Source: Escherichia coli (lineage in GTDB: Bacteria > Pseudomonadota > Gammaproteobacteria > Enterobacterales > Enterobacteriaceae). Taken from it: DNA of 64,000 nucleotides. Below, one piece after another: positions 20,042 to 28,562 of this stretch. The notes below the pieces were generated by a model that ran no database searches, was not told the DNA's origin, and was given only the letters and a program-made list of their open reading frames with translations. The DNA lies in assembly GCF_024700885.2 (NCBI RefSeq), contig NZ_CP117016.1; one strand, 5' to 3'. A program made the position numbers and the translations under genes. Numbering within the stretch: position 1 is the stretch's first letter; every line of letters begins with the position of its first letter.

Positions 20042-20370
20042 TACTCACCCCCATTGCCGTACAGGGTTTCAGCCGCTGATTTTTCTACATCCCCGGAAAC
20101 AGGAGCGATCGCCATATCAGTGATCTGCAGATCGGCACTGCGATTAACACCATCGTCAGTTTCTCTGGCAGACAGGCCTCGAATAACAGCCTTTGCAGTT
20201 ATCATCACTTCTGTTCCGACGCCCTGAGGTTGCGCCTTCAGCTTATTCAATGTGTCGTTATTAAGAGTGATGCACAGCCCCCACGGGTATTCATCGCGAG
20301 TTCTGGTTTCTCCGCTCTCATCCTGGTAGCTGTCAGTGCCGGTTTTGAGGTTTACGAGTTCCATATACAC
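20041..20370 (-). CDS. hypothetical head/tail-joining protein
   Basis: 109-aa ORF in the structural operon. Confidence 0.45.
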   Translation of the reverse strand: MYMELVNLKTGTDSYQDESGETRTRDEYPWGLCITLNNDTLNKLKAQPQGVGTEVMITAKAVIRGLSARETDDGVNRSADLQITDMAIAPVSGDVEKSAAETLYGNGGE

Positions 20371-20414
20371 TCCTGCAATAAAGGGGCCGAAGCCCCTTGT
20401 CTGATCCGCGAGGC

Positions 20415-20759
20415 TTACACGCCCAGTTCTTTACGCTTATCTGCGATCTTCTCGCGGAGCGTTTCGGCTTTGGCGTTATGGTGTGGCTTCTCGTTAAAGA
20501 GCAATTCGTACTCTTCACGGAGCTTATCCAGTTCACCATCATCTGACACATCGTTGATGATTTTGGTGCTGGTTGCTGCCATTGACACCTTTCCTGCAAC
20601 TTTTGCTTTTGCCTGTCTGGCTGCATCGTTAACAGGTTCCAGTGCGCTACCAGGCTCACCTTCGTATTCGATTTCTGCCCCCTCCGGCCACAGTGTGTTA
20701 TGGATATGAGAGAGGCGCAGAACGCGGTATCTTGGTTTCTCACCTGACATCGATATCAC
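20415..20759 (-). CDS. hypothetical structural-module protein
   Basis: 114-aa ORF, preferred over the overlapping alternative frame 20333-20743 for its acidic, coding-like composition. Confidence 0.45.
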   Translation of the reverse strand: MISMSGEKPRYRVLRLSHIHNTLWPEGAEIEYEGEPGSALEPVNDAARQAKAKVAGKVSMAATSTKIINDVSDDGELDKLREEYELLFNEKPHHNAKAETLREKIADKRKELGV

Positions 20760-20760
20760 C

Positions 20761-21198
20761 TTAACCAGTTACTTTTGAGCGGATCGGGTACGGCGTATTG
20801 GCATCAACATCCAGACTGATACCAGCAGTGAATTTGCCATCCGTTAGTGGGCCAGTTGCGACGGAGTAGTTAACACGCAGATATCGCTGAACACCGGCTG
20901 GCACCTTTGCAGAAACAACTCGCTTACCTGCTGTCAGGGTGGCCTTTGCCAGTGCGCCACTATCATAAATAGTGGTCCAAGAGCTGTTATTCTCACTCGT
21001 CTGCAACTGGATGTTTACAGTTGCCTCACCACTTGCCGTGGCGGCTTCGTTAACCAGCGCCCAAAACTCAAGCGGGTAACCCACGTCGATATCGCGACGG
21101 TTTCCATCAATTGGACCGAGATCGATTACGTCAGTAGAAGCCGCGGTATCAGTTACCGCCTGTGCTTCGGAGAACATCAACAGTTTGTCGGTGATCAT
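20761..21198 (-). CDS. capsid accessory/decoration-like protein
   Basis: 145 aa, directly downstream of the major capsid gene, with beta-rich composition. Confidence 0.5.
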   Translation of the reverse strand: MITDKLLMFSEAQAVTDTAASTDVIDLGPIDGNRRDIDVGYPLEFWALVNEAATASGEATVNIQLQTSENNSSWTTIYDSGALAKATLTAGKRVVSAKVPAGVQRYLRVNYSVATGPLTDGKFTAGISLDVDANTPYPIRSKVTG

Positions 21199-21249
21199 CT
21201 TCTTTCTCCATTAGTGGGTCTGTTACGACCCACAGGTTAATAACAGGCG

Positions 21250-22242
21250 TTACACCACGCGGGCTTCTGTTTCCAGAAGCGCATCAGTTTCACGGATTGG
21301 TACACCACGGAATGACGTCCACCACTCGCCTTCTGTCTCTTTTACGCTGATAGCCAGAGATGTTTTCTCCAGAGACTGCAGATCAAGAGCCTGGCCTACA
21401 GTGCGGTTCATGTAGAACACCGGGCGGCCCATGCCACGGTTTGGAATGCGATGTAGTGCTTTAACCATCAACTTCGCAATATTTGCGGCAGAGGAAGGTT
21501 CTGAAAGATTGCTGACATCGATGTTTGCAATGCGAACAACATAACGCCAGTCACGCAGAGCAAGCCCGTTGTCCCATTTGTAATGGGTACGGTAGCCTTC
21601 GTACTTGCCGCCATTCGCATCTTCCAGTGTCACCTGGCCTTTATCTTCCATCTGGATGCCAGCCTTCTGCCCTTTCGGGAAGATGCCATGCACGGTGTTT
21701 TCACCCCACACCACTAACCAGATTGAGGTGTTATCTGTACCCGTGCCACCAGCATCAATGATGTTCTGAGCATTACCCGCAGACAGGCTGGAATAGCGGG
21801 AGGACAGTCCCATAAACTGCTGAGGGTTAACGCTGGAATCACCATAAAACAACGTCTGCGCCATCTGCTGATTCATCGCTTCAATAAATGCGCGGTCTTC
21901 AGACAGGCGGAACTCGGCGGTATTGCCGTTCAGATCAGCCAGTGACTTATCGACTTCAGCATAGGTTTCCAGCATGCCAACGGAATCGGTTACCTGCACT
22001 GTGGTTGATTTGCTTGGCTGTACGCCATAGTTCAGCAAACGCCAGGTAGCTGAAGGTAAACCAGAACGAATGGTGGTTCGGTGTCCGGTAGGAAGGTTCC
22101 CTTCGACAAAAGGCATATCCTGAAGGATCGGGTTAGTTTGACCGAGAAGCTCGATAATCTTATCGACTTTCCCGTTTGGATCGACGCGCTTACCCCAGTC
22201 AGCCAGCGTTAGCGCAGTTAAGCCTTTAACAGCCATTGTCAT
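21250..22242 (-). CDS. major capsid protein
   Basis: 330 aa. Lies between the scaffold and decoration genes; size and position fit the epsilon15-type capsid gene. Confidence 0.8.
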   Translation of the reverse strand: MTMAVKGLTALTLADWGKRVDPNGKVDKIIELLGQTNPILQDMPFVEGNLPTGHRTTIRSGLPSATWRLLNYGVQPSKSTTVQVTDSVGMLETYAEVDKSLADLNGNTAEFRLSEDRAFIEAMNQQMAQTLFYGDSSVNPQQFMGLSSRYSSLSAGNAQNIIDAGGTGTDNTSIWLVVWGENTVHGIFPKGQKAGIQMEDKGQVTLEDANGGKYEGYRTHYKWDNGLALRDWRYVVRIANIDVSNLSEPSSAANIAKLMVKALHRIPNRGMGRPVFYMNRTVGQALDLQSLEKTSLAISVKETEGEWWTSFRGVPIRETDALLETEARVV

Positions 22243-22250
22243 TTCCTCTC

Positions 22251-22952
22251 TTATTTGCCATAGAGCACTTCGGCCGCACTACGCTGGCCTTCATTACCAC
22301 CGGTGACCATGCCATCTTCAGACATCGCCTTTCCGATTTTCACGAACGTTTTGACCAGATCAGGGTGATTACCCAGCCCGGTGGTGTTCAGATATTCTTT
22401 GAGTTCAGGTGTCCCGAACTGGTCAAGCGCACGCTGTGCGGCGCTAAGGTTAGAAATCAACTTGTCGCCACCGATTTCTTTGTCAGCTTTTACATCCGCA
22501 GCCCACTGCTCGGTTGTTTTCTGCCAGGCTTCTGCCTGGCGCTGCTGAACACCTGCCAGAATCTTCGGATAAGCATCAACCAGCTTTTGCGCTTGCTCGT
22601 TGGTCAGGTTAAGTTCTCGCGCCACTGGCTCGAATTCCTTCAACGCTTCTGTATCCAGCTCTACGCCTTCGGCAGCATGAAATTCGTACTTCTCCGGCGC
22701 ACCCTCTGGTTTATCGCCGTCCTTTTTTTCACCCTGCTTATCGTTTTCAGATTTTTTTTCATCATCAGGTTTATCGACATCAACAACAGGTTGTGGCTTA
22801 TCACCTTCCTGTTGTGATGGATCACCAGCTGGAGCAGGGTTATCACCTGCATGCGCTGACGGTTCTGACGCAGCCGGAGCTGCCCCACCATCGACTTGTT
22901 GCTCATTGCAAAGACGGCGATACAGCAAACGCTCAAATAAACTCATGATCAC
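22251..22952 (-). CDS. scaffolding protein
   Basis: 233 aa, acidic, Pro/Ala/Glu/Lys-rich N-terminal half. Lies between portal and capsid genes. Confidence 0.65.
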   Translation of the reverse strand: MIMSLFERLLYRRLCNEQQVDGGAAPAASEPSAHAGDNPAPAGDPSQQEGDKPQPVVDVDKPDDEKKSENDKQGEKKDGDKPEGAPEKYEFHAAEGVELDTEALKEFEPVARELNLTNEQAQKLVDAYPKILAGVQQRQAEAWQKTTEQWAADVKADKEIGGDKLISNLSAAQRALDQFGTPELKEYLNTTGLGNHPDLVKTFVKIGKAMSEDGMVTGGNEGQRSAAEVLYGK

Positions 22953-23245
22953 TCCTGTTCACTGGCCTCTTTGGCCATCTTCAAATACTGTTCAGGGCAA
23001 TGCGCCATAACGCGCTGAAACAGTTCCAGCGCCAGATTGCGTTGCCCCTCATTAAATGCCATTGCCATAGCATCCATCGGAGAGATAGCGGAAAACACCC
23101 GGCCTTTCTCCAGCACCGACCAGACAACGCGACGCCCCTGTTCACTGCTCATGACAAAGCGAATGTCATCAATTTCACGCTGTGCCATGTCACGTTGCTT
23201 ACGGGCGTTTTCTTCTTTCAGTTGATCGTCTTCGTAATCTGTCAT
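22949..23245 (-). CDS. small conserved head-module protein
   Basis: 98 aa, coupled to the portal stop and the scaffold start. Confidence 0.5.
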   Translation of the reverse strand: MTDYEDDQLKEENARKQRDMAQREIDDIRFVMSSEQGRRVVWSVLEKGRVFSAISPMDAMAMAFNEGQRNLALELFQRVMAHCPEQYLKMAKEASEQE

Positions 23246-24921
23246 TGTGATTGCCCACCCTGACCACTAACTGCATTCGCCATAGCTGACAAAACACTCG
23301 GATCCGAAGTTTTAGCTTCGCTTAGCGTCTTGGCACCCTGTGCCGCCGCCATCCCCATCGCCATCATTTGTTGCTGCTGTTGTTGCTGTGCCCGTTGCTG
23401 GCGAGCCTGCTCAACCTGTTCCTGCGGAACAATGACGGTTGGAGACACTCCGGACATATCAGCGAATGCATCGATCGCCTGATCAACGTTGAGTTTGTCG
23501 AGAGCTTCTGGTTTCGCTTGCGCAAGTTGACCAATAAAGTTGACCGTGGATGCCAGACTGGACAGGCCGATAGACTTCTGCGCCTGAGCCATGACGGAAA
23601 TGTATTCGACCTTCAGGGGCATACCTTCCATCGCGTCAGGCGGTGGCGGCAGCATGTTTTTACGCACCATCATCGAGAAAGCGCGGTCAATGAGAGGATT
23701 AAGACATTCGTCGTTCAGACGCTCCAGAACCGGCCCCAACATCAGAAGTTTTTCTTCTTTCATTTCGATCACCGCTTCAACAGGCATCGAGCGGGTATTG
23801 ATGTTCTGCAACATCATGAACAGATCGACAAAGTAGGCGCTGTTAATGATTTGACGAGTGTCCTGAATGTCTGCCACCAAATCTGCTGTACTGGGGTTAA
23901 CCAGATAAGCAGGCCTGAAACCATCCTGACCAGTAATCTGATCGATATACGTGATGTCGCCAGGAAGAAGGGAGGCACGCTGATTCTTGAGGGAAATCGG
24001 AGCAACCATCGGCGGATTGGTGGCTTTATCAATCAACTGCGACTTGCGCTTCTGGAGAAGCTGCAATGCCTTAACAGGTCCAAGCGCCAGCATACCCGGG
24101 CATGATGATCCATAAACATCTTCGCCGTTAACTTCCCAGCGCGGAGCCATAATTGGAAACTCATCGAATCCGGACTCACGCAACAACTTGTCGTTATCGC
24201 CACCAACCTCGTAATAAACCGATTTGAATGGCTTGTTCTTGCTATCCAGCTTCGATGTATCGCGGTCAATGTTCGGGTAAACCGAATGCATCACTTCAAT
24301 CCACTTCTCGTAGGTGCCGCTTTCCCACATGCTTTTTACGGATTCGCTGACGTTATTTAGCCCGAACTCCTGAACAAGCTGACGAACAGTCATAGAGAAC
24401 TTGCGAAAACAGGTGTCAACACTGCCACGAGGTGAGTTAGCCAGGTAGTAACTTCCTATCGGGAATGGCATTGTACGAATGATGTCCTCGTCATCCTCCA
24501 GCACCGCCATTGCGCCAGTGCTGTATGTGCCGAGGCTTCCGTATAACTGCGGCAGCGACTGATAGAGATTCGACTTATTGAACATATCGTTCATGCGGTT
24601 CTGCACCGCCTCAAGCCACAACTTAACAGGGCCATAATCCATCATTTCAGGATCTGGCGTAGCCAGGCGAAACCACGGACGCGCTGGGCTTGTGATGCCT
24701 GACATCATGCCGCTGGCGAGAGTGCGCGCCGCCATAGTCCCGGTCGAATCAATAATGCGTGTATTGCGTCGATCGTTACGGTTGACCTCAGAAGTCAGAA
24801 AGCGGGAACCACGCGGGTTGATGTAATCACTCAACTCGCGCCAGTGCGGCTCGAACGACTGACGCTCGCTTTCAAGTTGTGCGAACTGTTTGTTCAATCG
24901 CTCTTTAGTTGTTTCCGCCAT
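23242..24921 (-). CDS. portal protein
   Basis: 559 aa. Near the start of the leftward head operon, with a Gln/Ala-rich C-terminus; size and position are typical of portals. Confidence 0.85.
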   Translation of the reverse strand: MAETTKERLNKQFAQLESERQSFEPHWRELSDYINPRGSRFLTSEVNRNDRRNTRIIDSTGTMAARTLASGMMSGITSPARPWFRLATPDPEMMDYGPVKLWLEAVQNRMNDMFNKSNLYQSLPQLYGSLGTYSTGAMAVLEDDEDIIRTMPFPIGSYYLANSPRGSVDTCFRKFSMTVRQLVQEFGLNNVSESVKSMWESGTYEKWIEVMHSVYPNIDRDTSKLDSKNKPFKSVYYEVGGDNDKLLRESGFDEFPIMAPRWEVNGEDVYGSSCPGMLALGPVKALQLLQKRKSQLIDKATNPPMVAPISLKNQRASLLPGDITYIDQITGQDGFRPAYLVNPSTADLVADIQDTRQIINSAYFVDLFMMLQNINTRSMPVEAVIEMKEEKLLMLGPVLERLNDECLNPLIDRAFSMMVRKNMLPPPPDAMEGMPLKVEYISVMAQAQKSIGLSSLASTVNFIGQLAQAKPEALDKLNVDQAIDAFADMSGVSPTVIVPQEQVEQARQQRAQQQQQQQMMAMGMAAAQGAKTLSEAKTSDPSVLSAMANAVSGQGGQSQ

Positions 24922-24935
24922 TTCAATGACTCCGG

Positions 24936-25142
24936 TTACTGACCAAGCAGCGTTTTACCGCTGGTATTAGCGGTTGATGTGTCGCCCTGAGAACCGGTAA
25001 GCAGCGTAGAACTACGACCAGCAGCAGCGCGACGGCGACGAGTTTCTTCGTCGCGGGCATCAACAACGGCGGCATCCTGCTCCTGTGGTGCTGCCTGAAC
25101 TTCTGGTGTTGCAGGCACTGATGGTGAGCTACCCATGCACAT
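24936..25142 (-). CDS. small Ala/Arg-rich protein preceding the portal
   Basis: 68 aa with ACGGAG RBS. The overlapping frame 24923-25162 was rejected. Confidence 0.45.
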   Translation of the reverse strand: MCMGSSPSVPATPEVQAAPQEQDAAVVDARDEETRRRRAAAGRSSTLLTGSQGDTSTANTSGKTLLGQ

Positions 25143-25232
25143 ATCAATGACTCCGTACGCAATTAAATTATTACCAATTTAACCACATATGATTTATTTA
25201 TCGTAGATAGTTGACATTTAACGCACAAATTA

Positions 25233-25247
25233 TTACCTTTAAGGTAA
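25233..25247. promoter_or_regulatory. operator TTACCTTTAAGGTAA with adjacent TTGACA (25211-25216)
   Basis: Perfect TTACC-N5-GGTAA. A consensus -35 lies 17 nt upstream on the + strand. Confidence 0.55.
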
Positions 25248-25569
25248 CTAAAGAGTTCATTCCGGTTACTAACCTGACTGGCTTGTCGTTAAATTGAACA
25301 GGTGGAGTGAGCTTTTATTTTGAGCAGTACGGCGTATGGCACATGCGCCGATAGCGGTCTGGATACGTTTAAGGGGCACCCTCCCTTGCTCGGGCAAACG
25401 AACCAGGTAGCCGGAATGTGCAAGTCGAGCGGTTTTATTCCGCGCACGGGGATTCACCATCCCGGCTATTCGGTGTGACGCCTCGGAATAGACGAGGGTA
25501 CAACGATGAGAGCATTTATGGAGCTGCGACAAAGTGTGGCGCATTAACAGGCTAAGTGCTCTCAGCGTT

Positions 25570-25646
25570 GTGGCATTAGCTCAGCTGGACAGAGCAACCG
25601 CCTTCTAAGCGGTTGGTCGCAGGTTCGAATCCTGCATGCCACGCCA
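25570..25646 (+). tRNA. tRNA-Arg (anticodon UCU, reads AGA)
   Basis: Hand-folded cloverleaf: acceptor GTGGCAT/ATGCCAC, D-arm GCTC/GAGC, anticodon arm ACCGC-CTTCTAA-GCGGT, T-arm GCAGG-TTCGAAT-CCTGC, discriminator G, encoded CCA. Confidence 0.9.
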
Positions 25647-25689
25647 GAATCACGCCTAAGGACCGTGATGCCAGAAGTTCCAGGTGCTT

Positions 25690-25732
25690 GGCGGTGATGG
25701 TTTCCCTTGAAGGACTATCACCGCCCTTTTTT
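25690..25732 (+). terminator. rho-independent terminator after the tRNA
   Basis: GGCGGTGAT...ATCACCGCC followed by CTTTTTT. Confidence 0.7.
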
Positions 25733-25810
25733 ACAGCAGGACGCCATTGCGATGACTTCATGCTGTAAACCCGTACAGCCACGGAAGGCATAACTCATTG
25801 CTTCCAGTTC

Positions 25811-25834
25811 GCCCGGTTCGCCGGGCATTTTTTT
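25811..25834 (+). terminator. second rho-independent terminator
   Basis: GCCCGG-ttcg-CCGGGC followed by ATTTTTTT. Confidence 0.65.
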
Positions 25835-25942
25835 GGCGTGATACGTCACAATTATGATATCGATGCAGATTACGACATACATGAAAAACATGTCATAGTA
25901 TCTCCTGAGGTTAATCTCGATTCAAAAAGAGGATGATTTATA

Positions 25943-26290
25943 ATGATTAAAATCAATAACGTACGTGGTGCTAACGTTAGCGTCAACGGAGAAGACTTCA
26001 CTGGTCATCATATTACGATTAACAATGGAAAAGTGATCGTTGATGGTGTCGAAAAAAATAGCAATCTTGACGGACAGATTAACGTAACAATTAATGGAAG
26101 CGTGGAAGGCGTTGAGATTGAAAATGGATCAGTGACTGTAAGCGGTGATGCACATTATGTGAAAACTATGTCTGGTGATGTCCATTGTTCCAATGTATTG
26201 GGAAATGTAAACACCATGTCTGGAGATGTAATCTGCGAAACTGTTGGTGGAAACGCCAGCACAATGTCTGGAAATATTATCAAGAAATAA
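25943..26290 (+). CDS. beta-strand-repeat protein with three 16-aa TMSG(D/N)(V/I) repeats (function unknown)
   Basis: 115 aa with AAGAGGA RBS. Alternating V/I-x-V/I-x-G pattern; 48-bp DNA periodicity (ATG of TMSG at 26168, 26216, 26264). A hairpin-like GC-rich element and TTTGTTTT follow the stop. Confidence 0.6.
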   Translation: MIKINNVRGANVSVNGEDFTGHHITINNGKVIVDGVEKNSNLDGQINVTINGSVEGVEIENGSVTVSGDAHYVKTMSGDVHCSNVLGNVNTMSGDVICETVGGNASTMSGNIIKK

Positions 26291-26375
26291 TTATTTAAAA
26301 ATAAAGCCCGCCAAATGCGCGCGCTTTGTTTTATCCTCACCAGAGGATATCAACGACATTATCCCCACCAGCGGA

Positions 26376-27851
26376 TTAAGCATAGGGATCGTAATCTGTA
26401 ATGGCCTTGCCTTGCTGGTTCTGCTGACCTGGAATTCGCAGACGCTTCGACACAGGGAACGCAAACGTCAGCAGTAGCGCATCGCCTTTACCCGGCGAAC
26501 GCCCAAGCCGCTCCTTGATATCCTCCTTCGGTTCGATAACGATTTTACCGTCCACGCGAACTTTGTACTCTGCCGCCGACAGGTCGTCTGCAGTTTCCTG
26601 GTCATCCAGCATGCCGCCCAGCCTCAGCCATGTCTTGCATGAGTTGAACATCTCCCCGCGCTTGTTGAGCATCTGAGGGTCAGTTGACGCGCCACCGAAC
26701 GGAACAAGTTGCCATGTGCGCCCCCAGCCGTCACCGATTGACTTCAGGCCAGTACCGTAACCGAAGTCGATGAACACCGCGTCGGCCTGATACTGGTCTT
26801 CAAAGTCAGCGATACGCTTCGCCATAATCAGATCGTCGGTGGTCTTGTTGCCAGTCCACAGCACCTTACTGTGCAGCCCCTGCCGCAGGTATATCACCGC
26901 GTCATCAACGCCGGAGTATGCCGGGTCAACTCCGATTATCACCGGAGCATGTGCCACCTGCGCAGCGGTTACCACCCGTTTCATTGCCTCGTCAGTAAGA
27001 CCGGTAGGGATAAACTGCAATTCAGATGCATCAGGGAATATGCCACGCACACGGATTTTAACGAAGTCGCTGTCTTCCCCGTAGTCATCAACCCATTTCT
27101 GCAACTGCTGTTTGTTAGTGCCTTCCACCGTCCGGCTGTCAATCTGCGCAGTTTTCCAGCGGTGTTTATATTTGCGGAAACATTCTCGGAAACGTCCGGT
27201 ATTACGCGTCGGGTTTCCGAACGCCACCCAGATAATCTCAGTGTCTTCGTCCGTAAGCGCACCCTCGGCAACTTCCCACACCAGATCCGCAATGTTCGAC
27301 GCTTCATCGAATACCACGATGATACGTTTGCGCTCGTTGTGTAGTCCGGCGAACGCCTCAGTATTGTGCTCAGACCAGGGGATTGCGTCAGCTCGCCACC
27401 GCTTGTCGTGCCCAGGATCATTGCTGTACATCGCGGTAGCGGTACAGGTGAACCAGTCTTTCGTGATAGCAAGGTTCGACCACTTGATAATTTCCGGCCA
27501 GGTCTTCGTTCGTAGCTGGTTGTCGGTGTTGGCGGTCACCACGATCTTACAATCCTCGCAAGTGGACATGCCCCAGTTGATCAGCATTGAGATGAATGCG
27601 GATTTACCAATACCGTGACCAGAAGCGCGTGCCAGCATAAGCGGCTGATAGCGCGTCTCTGGATTCTGCAGGTGATCACGTATCTCTCGGAACGCATCAG
27701 CCTGCCACTGACGTGGGCCGGTGGCATGTGCCAGTTCAGTCCCCTCTTCCCCCCACGGGAACGCATAGAGGGCATAGCCAAGCGGATCGTGAGTGAACCC
27801 TGCAATATCCTCGATCAACTGCTCTTCAGGAGATAACGCTGTATCTGTCAC
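26376..27851 (-). CDS. terminase large subunit
   Basis: 491 aa with Walker A-like ASGHGIGKS. Overlaps the terS stop. Confidence 0.9.
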   Translation of the reverse strand: MTDTALSPEEQLIEDIAGFTHDPLGYALYAFPWGEEGTELAHATGPRQWQADAFREIRDHLQNPETRYQPLMLARASGHGIGKSAFISMLINWGMSTCEDCKIVVTANTDNQLRTKTWPEIIKWSNLAITKDWFTCTATAMYSNDPGHDKRWRADAIPWSEHNTEAFAGLHNERKRIIVVFDEASNIADLVWEVAEGALTDEDTEIIWVAFGNPTRNTGRFRECFRKYKHRWKTAQIDSRTVEGTNKQQLQKWVDDYGEDSDFVKIRVRGIFPDASELQFIPTGLTDEAMKRVVTAAQVAHAPVIIGVDPAYSGVDDAVIYLRQGLHSKVLWTGNKTTDDLIMAKRIADFEDQYQADAVFIDFGYGTGLKSIGDGWGRTWQLVPFGGASTDPQMLNKRGEMFNSCKTWLRLGGMLDDQETADDLSAAEYKVRVDGKIVIEPKEDIKERLGRSPGKGDALLLTFAFPVSKRLRIPGQQNQQGKAITDYDPYA

Positions 27852-28444
27852 TGATTACCATCCTGACGTTCTTTGAGTCGCTTCCTGGCTGCTGCTATGC
27901 GATCAGCAATTGTCACATTCACATTAACATCCAGACGTTCTTTGAACGCGTTGACATCAACATGCTTACCAATCAGCTCAAGGTTCTTCACCTTGTCAGG
28001 CCATTTAATTTTTTTGAGGATTGTCTCTATCGAATCCTCGTTCATGTTCATGATGGTCGATGACAGATCAAAGCCACTAAGCGTAGTGCGCCAGATTTTC
28101 GGCCACTCGCGGATTGGCTTAAGGCTCCCATCGTCGTTGAGGATGTCGATCACATCCATCTGGTCGATCTCCACCAGGCGCATAAGAACGTAATCGGCAC
28201 TGACGCGCATTCGTTTGTTGCGCTCCTCCATCAGCTCGGCAATCCGTTTTTGAATGCGTTCATCGCGCATCATGACACTGGCTTTAACTGCCGCTGTATT
28301 TGGGGAGAATCCTGCGTTAATCGCTGCCTGAGTCTGGTTTTCAGGCGTTTTGATGTATGACTGGCAATAAGCCTCCTGCATTGCTGTTAGTGGCTTAAAT
28401 TGCGTTGATTTGCGTTTATAGGTTTTAGGTTCAGCAGGCATCAT
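27848..28444 (-). CDS. terminase small subunit
   Basis: N-terminal HTH-like region (AMQEAYCQSYIKTPENQTQAAINAGFSPNTAAVKA). Start moved to ATG 28444 (MMPAEPK), which has GGTGG upstream. Confidence 0.75.
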   Translation of the reverse strand: MMPAEPKTYKRKSTQFKPLTAMQEAYCQSYIKTPENQTQAAINAGFSPNTAAVKASVMMRDERIQKRIAELMEERNKRMRVSADYVLMRLVEIDQMDVIDILNDDGSLKPIREWPKIWRTTLSGFDLSSTIMNMNEDSIETILKKIKWPDKVKNLELIGKHVDVNAFKERLDVNVNVTIADRIAAARKRLKERQDGNQ

Positions 28445-28452
28445 AACCACCG

Positions 28453-28483
28453 TGGTAATAGTTACCGTTTTGGTAATAGTACC
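28453..28483. repeat. two direct copies of tGGTAATAGT(T)ACC, each an inverted pair of operator half-sites
   Basis: 28453-28466 and 28471-28483, between a terminator and the terS start. Confidence 0.6.
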
Positions 28484-28484
28484 A

Positions 28485-28513
28485 TGCAAAACAAAGCCGC
28501 CATAGTTGGCGGC
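28485..28513 (-). terminator. rho-independent terminator between the regulator-like gene and terS
   Basis: Minus strand reads GCCGCC-aactat-GGCGGC-TTTGTTTTG. Confidence 0.55.
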
Positions 28514-28562
28514 AGTATTCAAAACCCATCAAATTCATCATGCATAATCTACTCGTGACATG

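Noticed and set aside
25269-25791. ORFs 25269-25544 (91 aa) and 25576-25791 (71 aa) on the minus strand
   Set aside because: The second overlaps the tRNA and a terminator. The first has no RBS and an Arg/His/Ser-rich composition typical of random frames. Both are better explained as non-coding leader and tRNA region.
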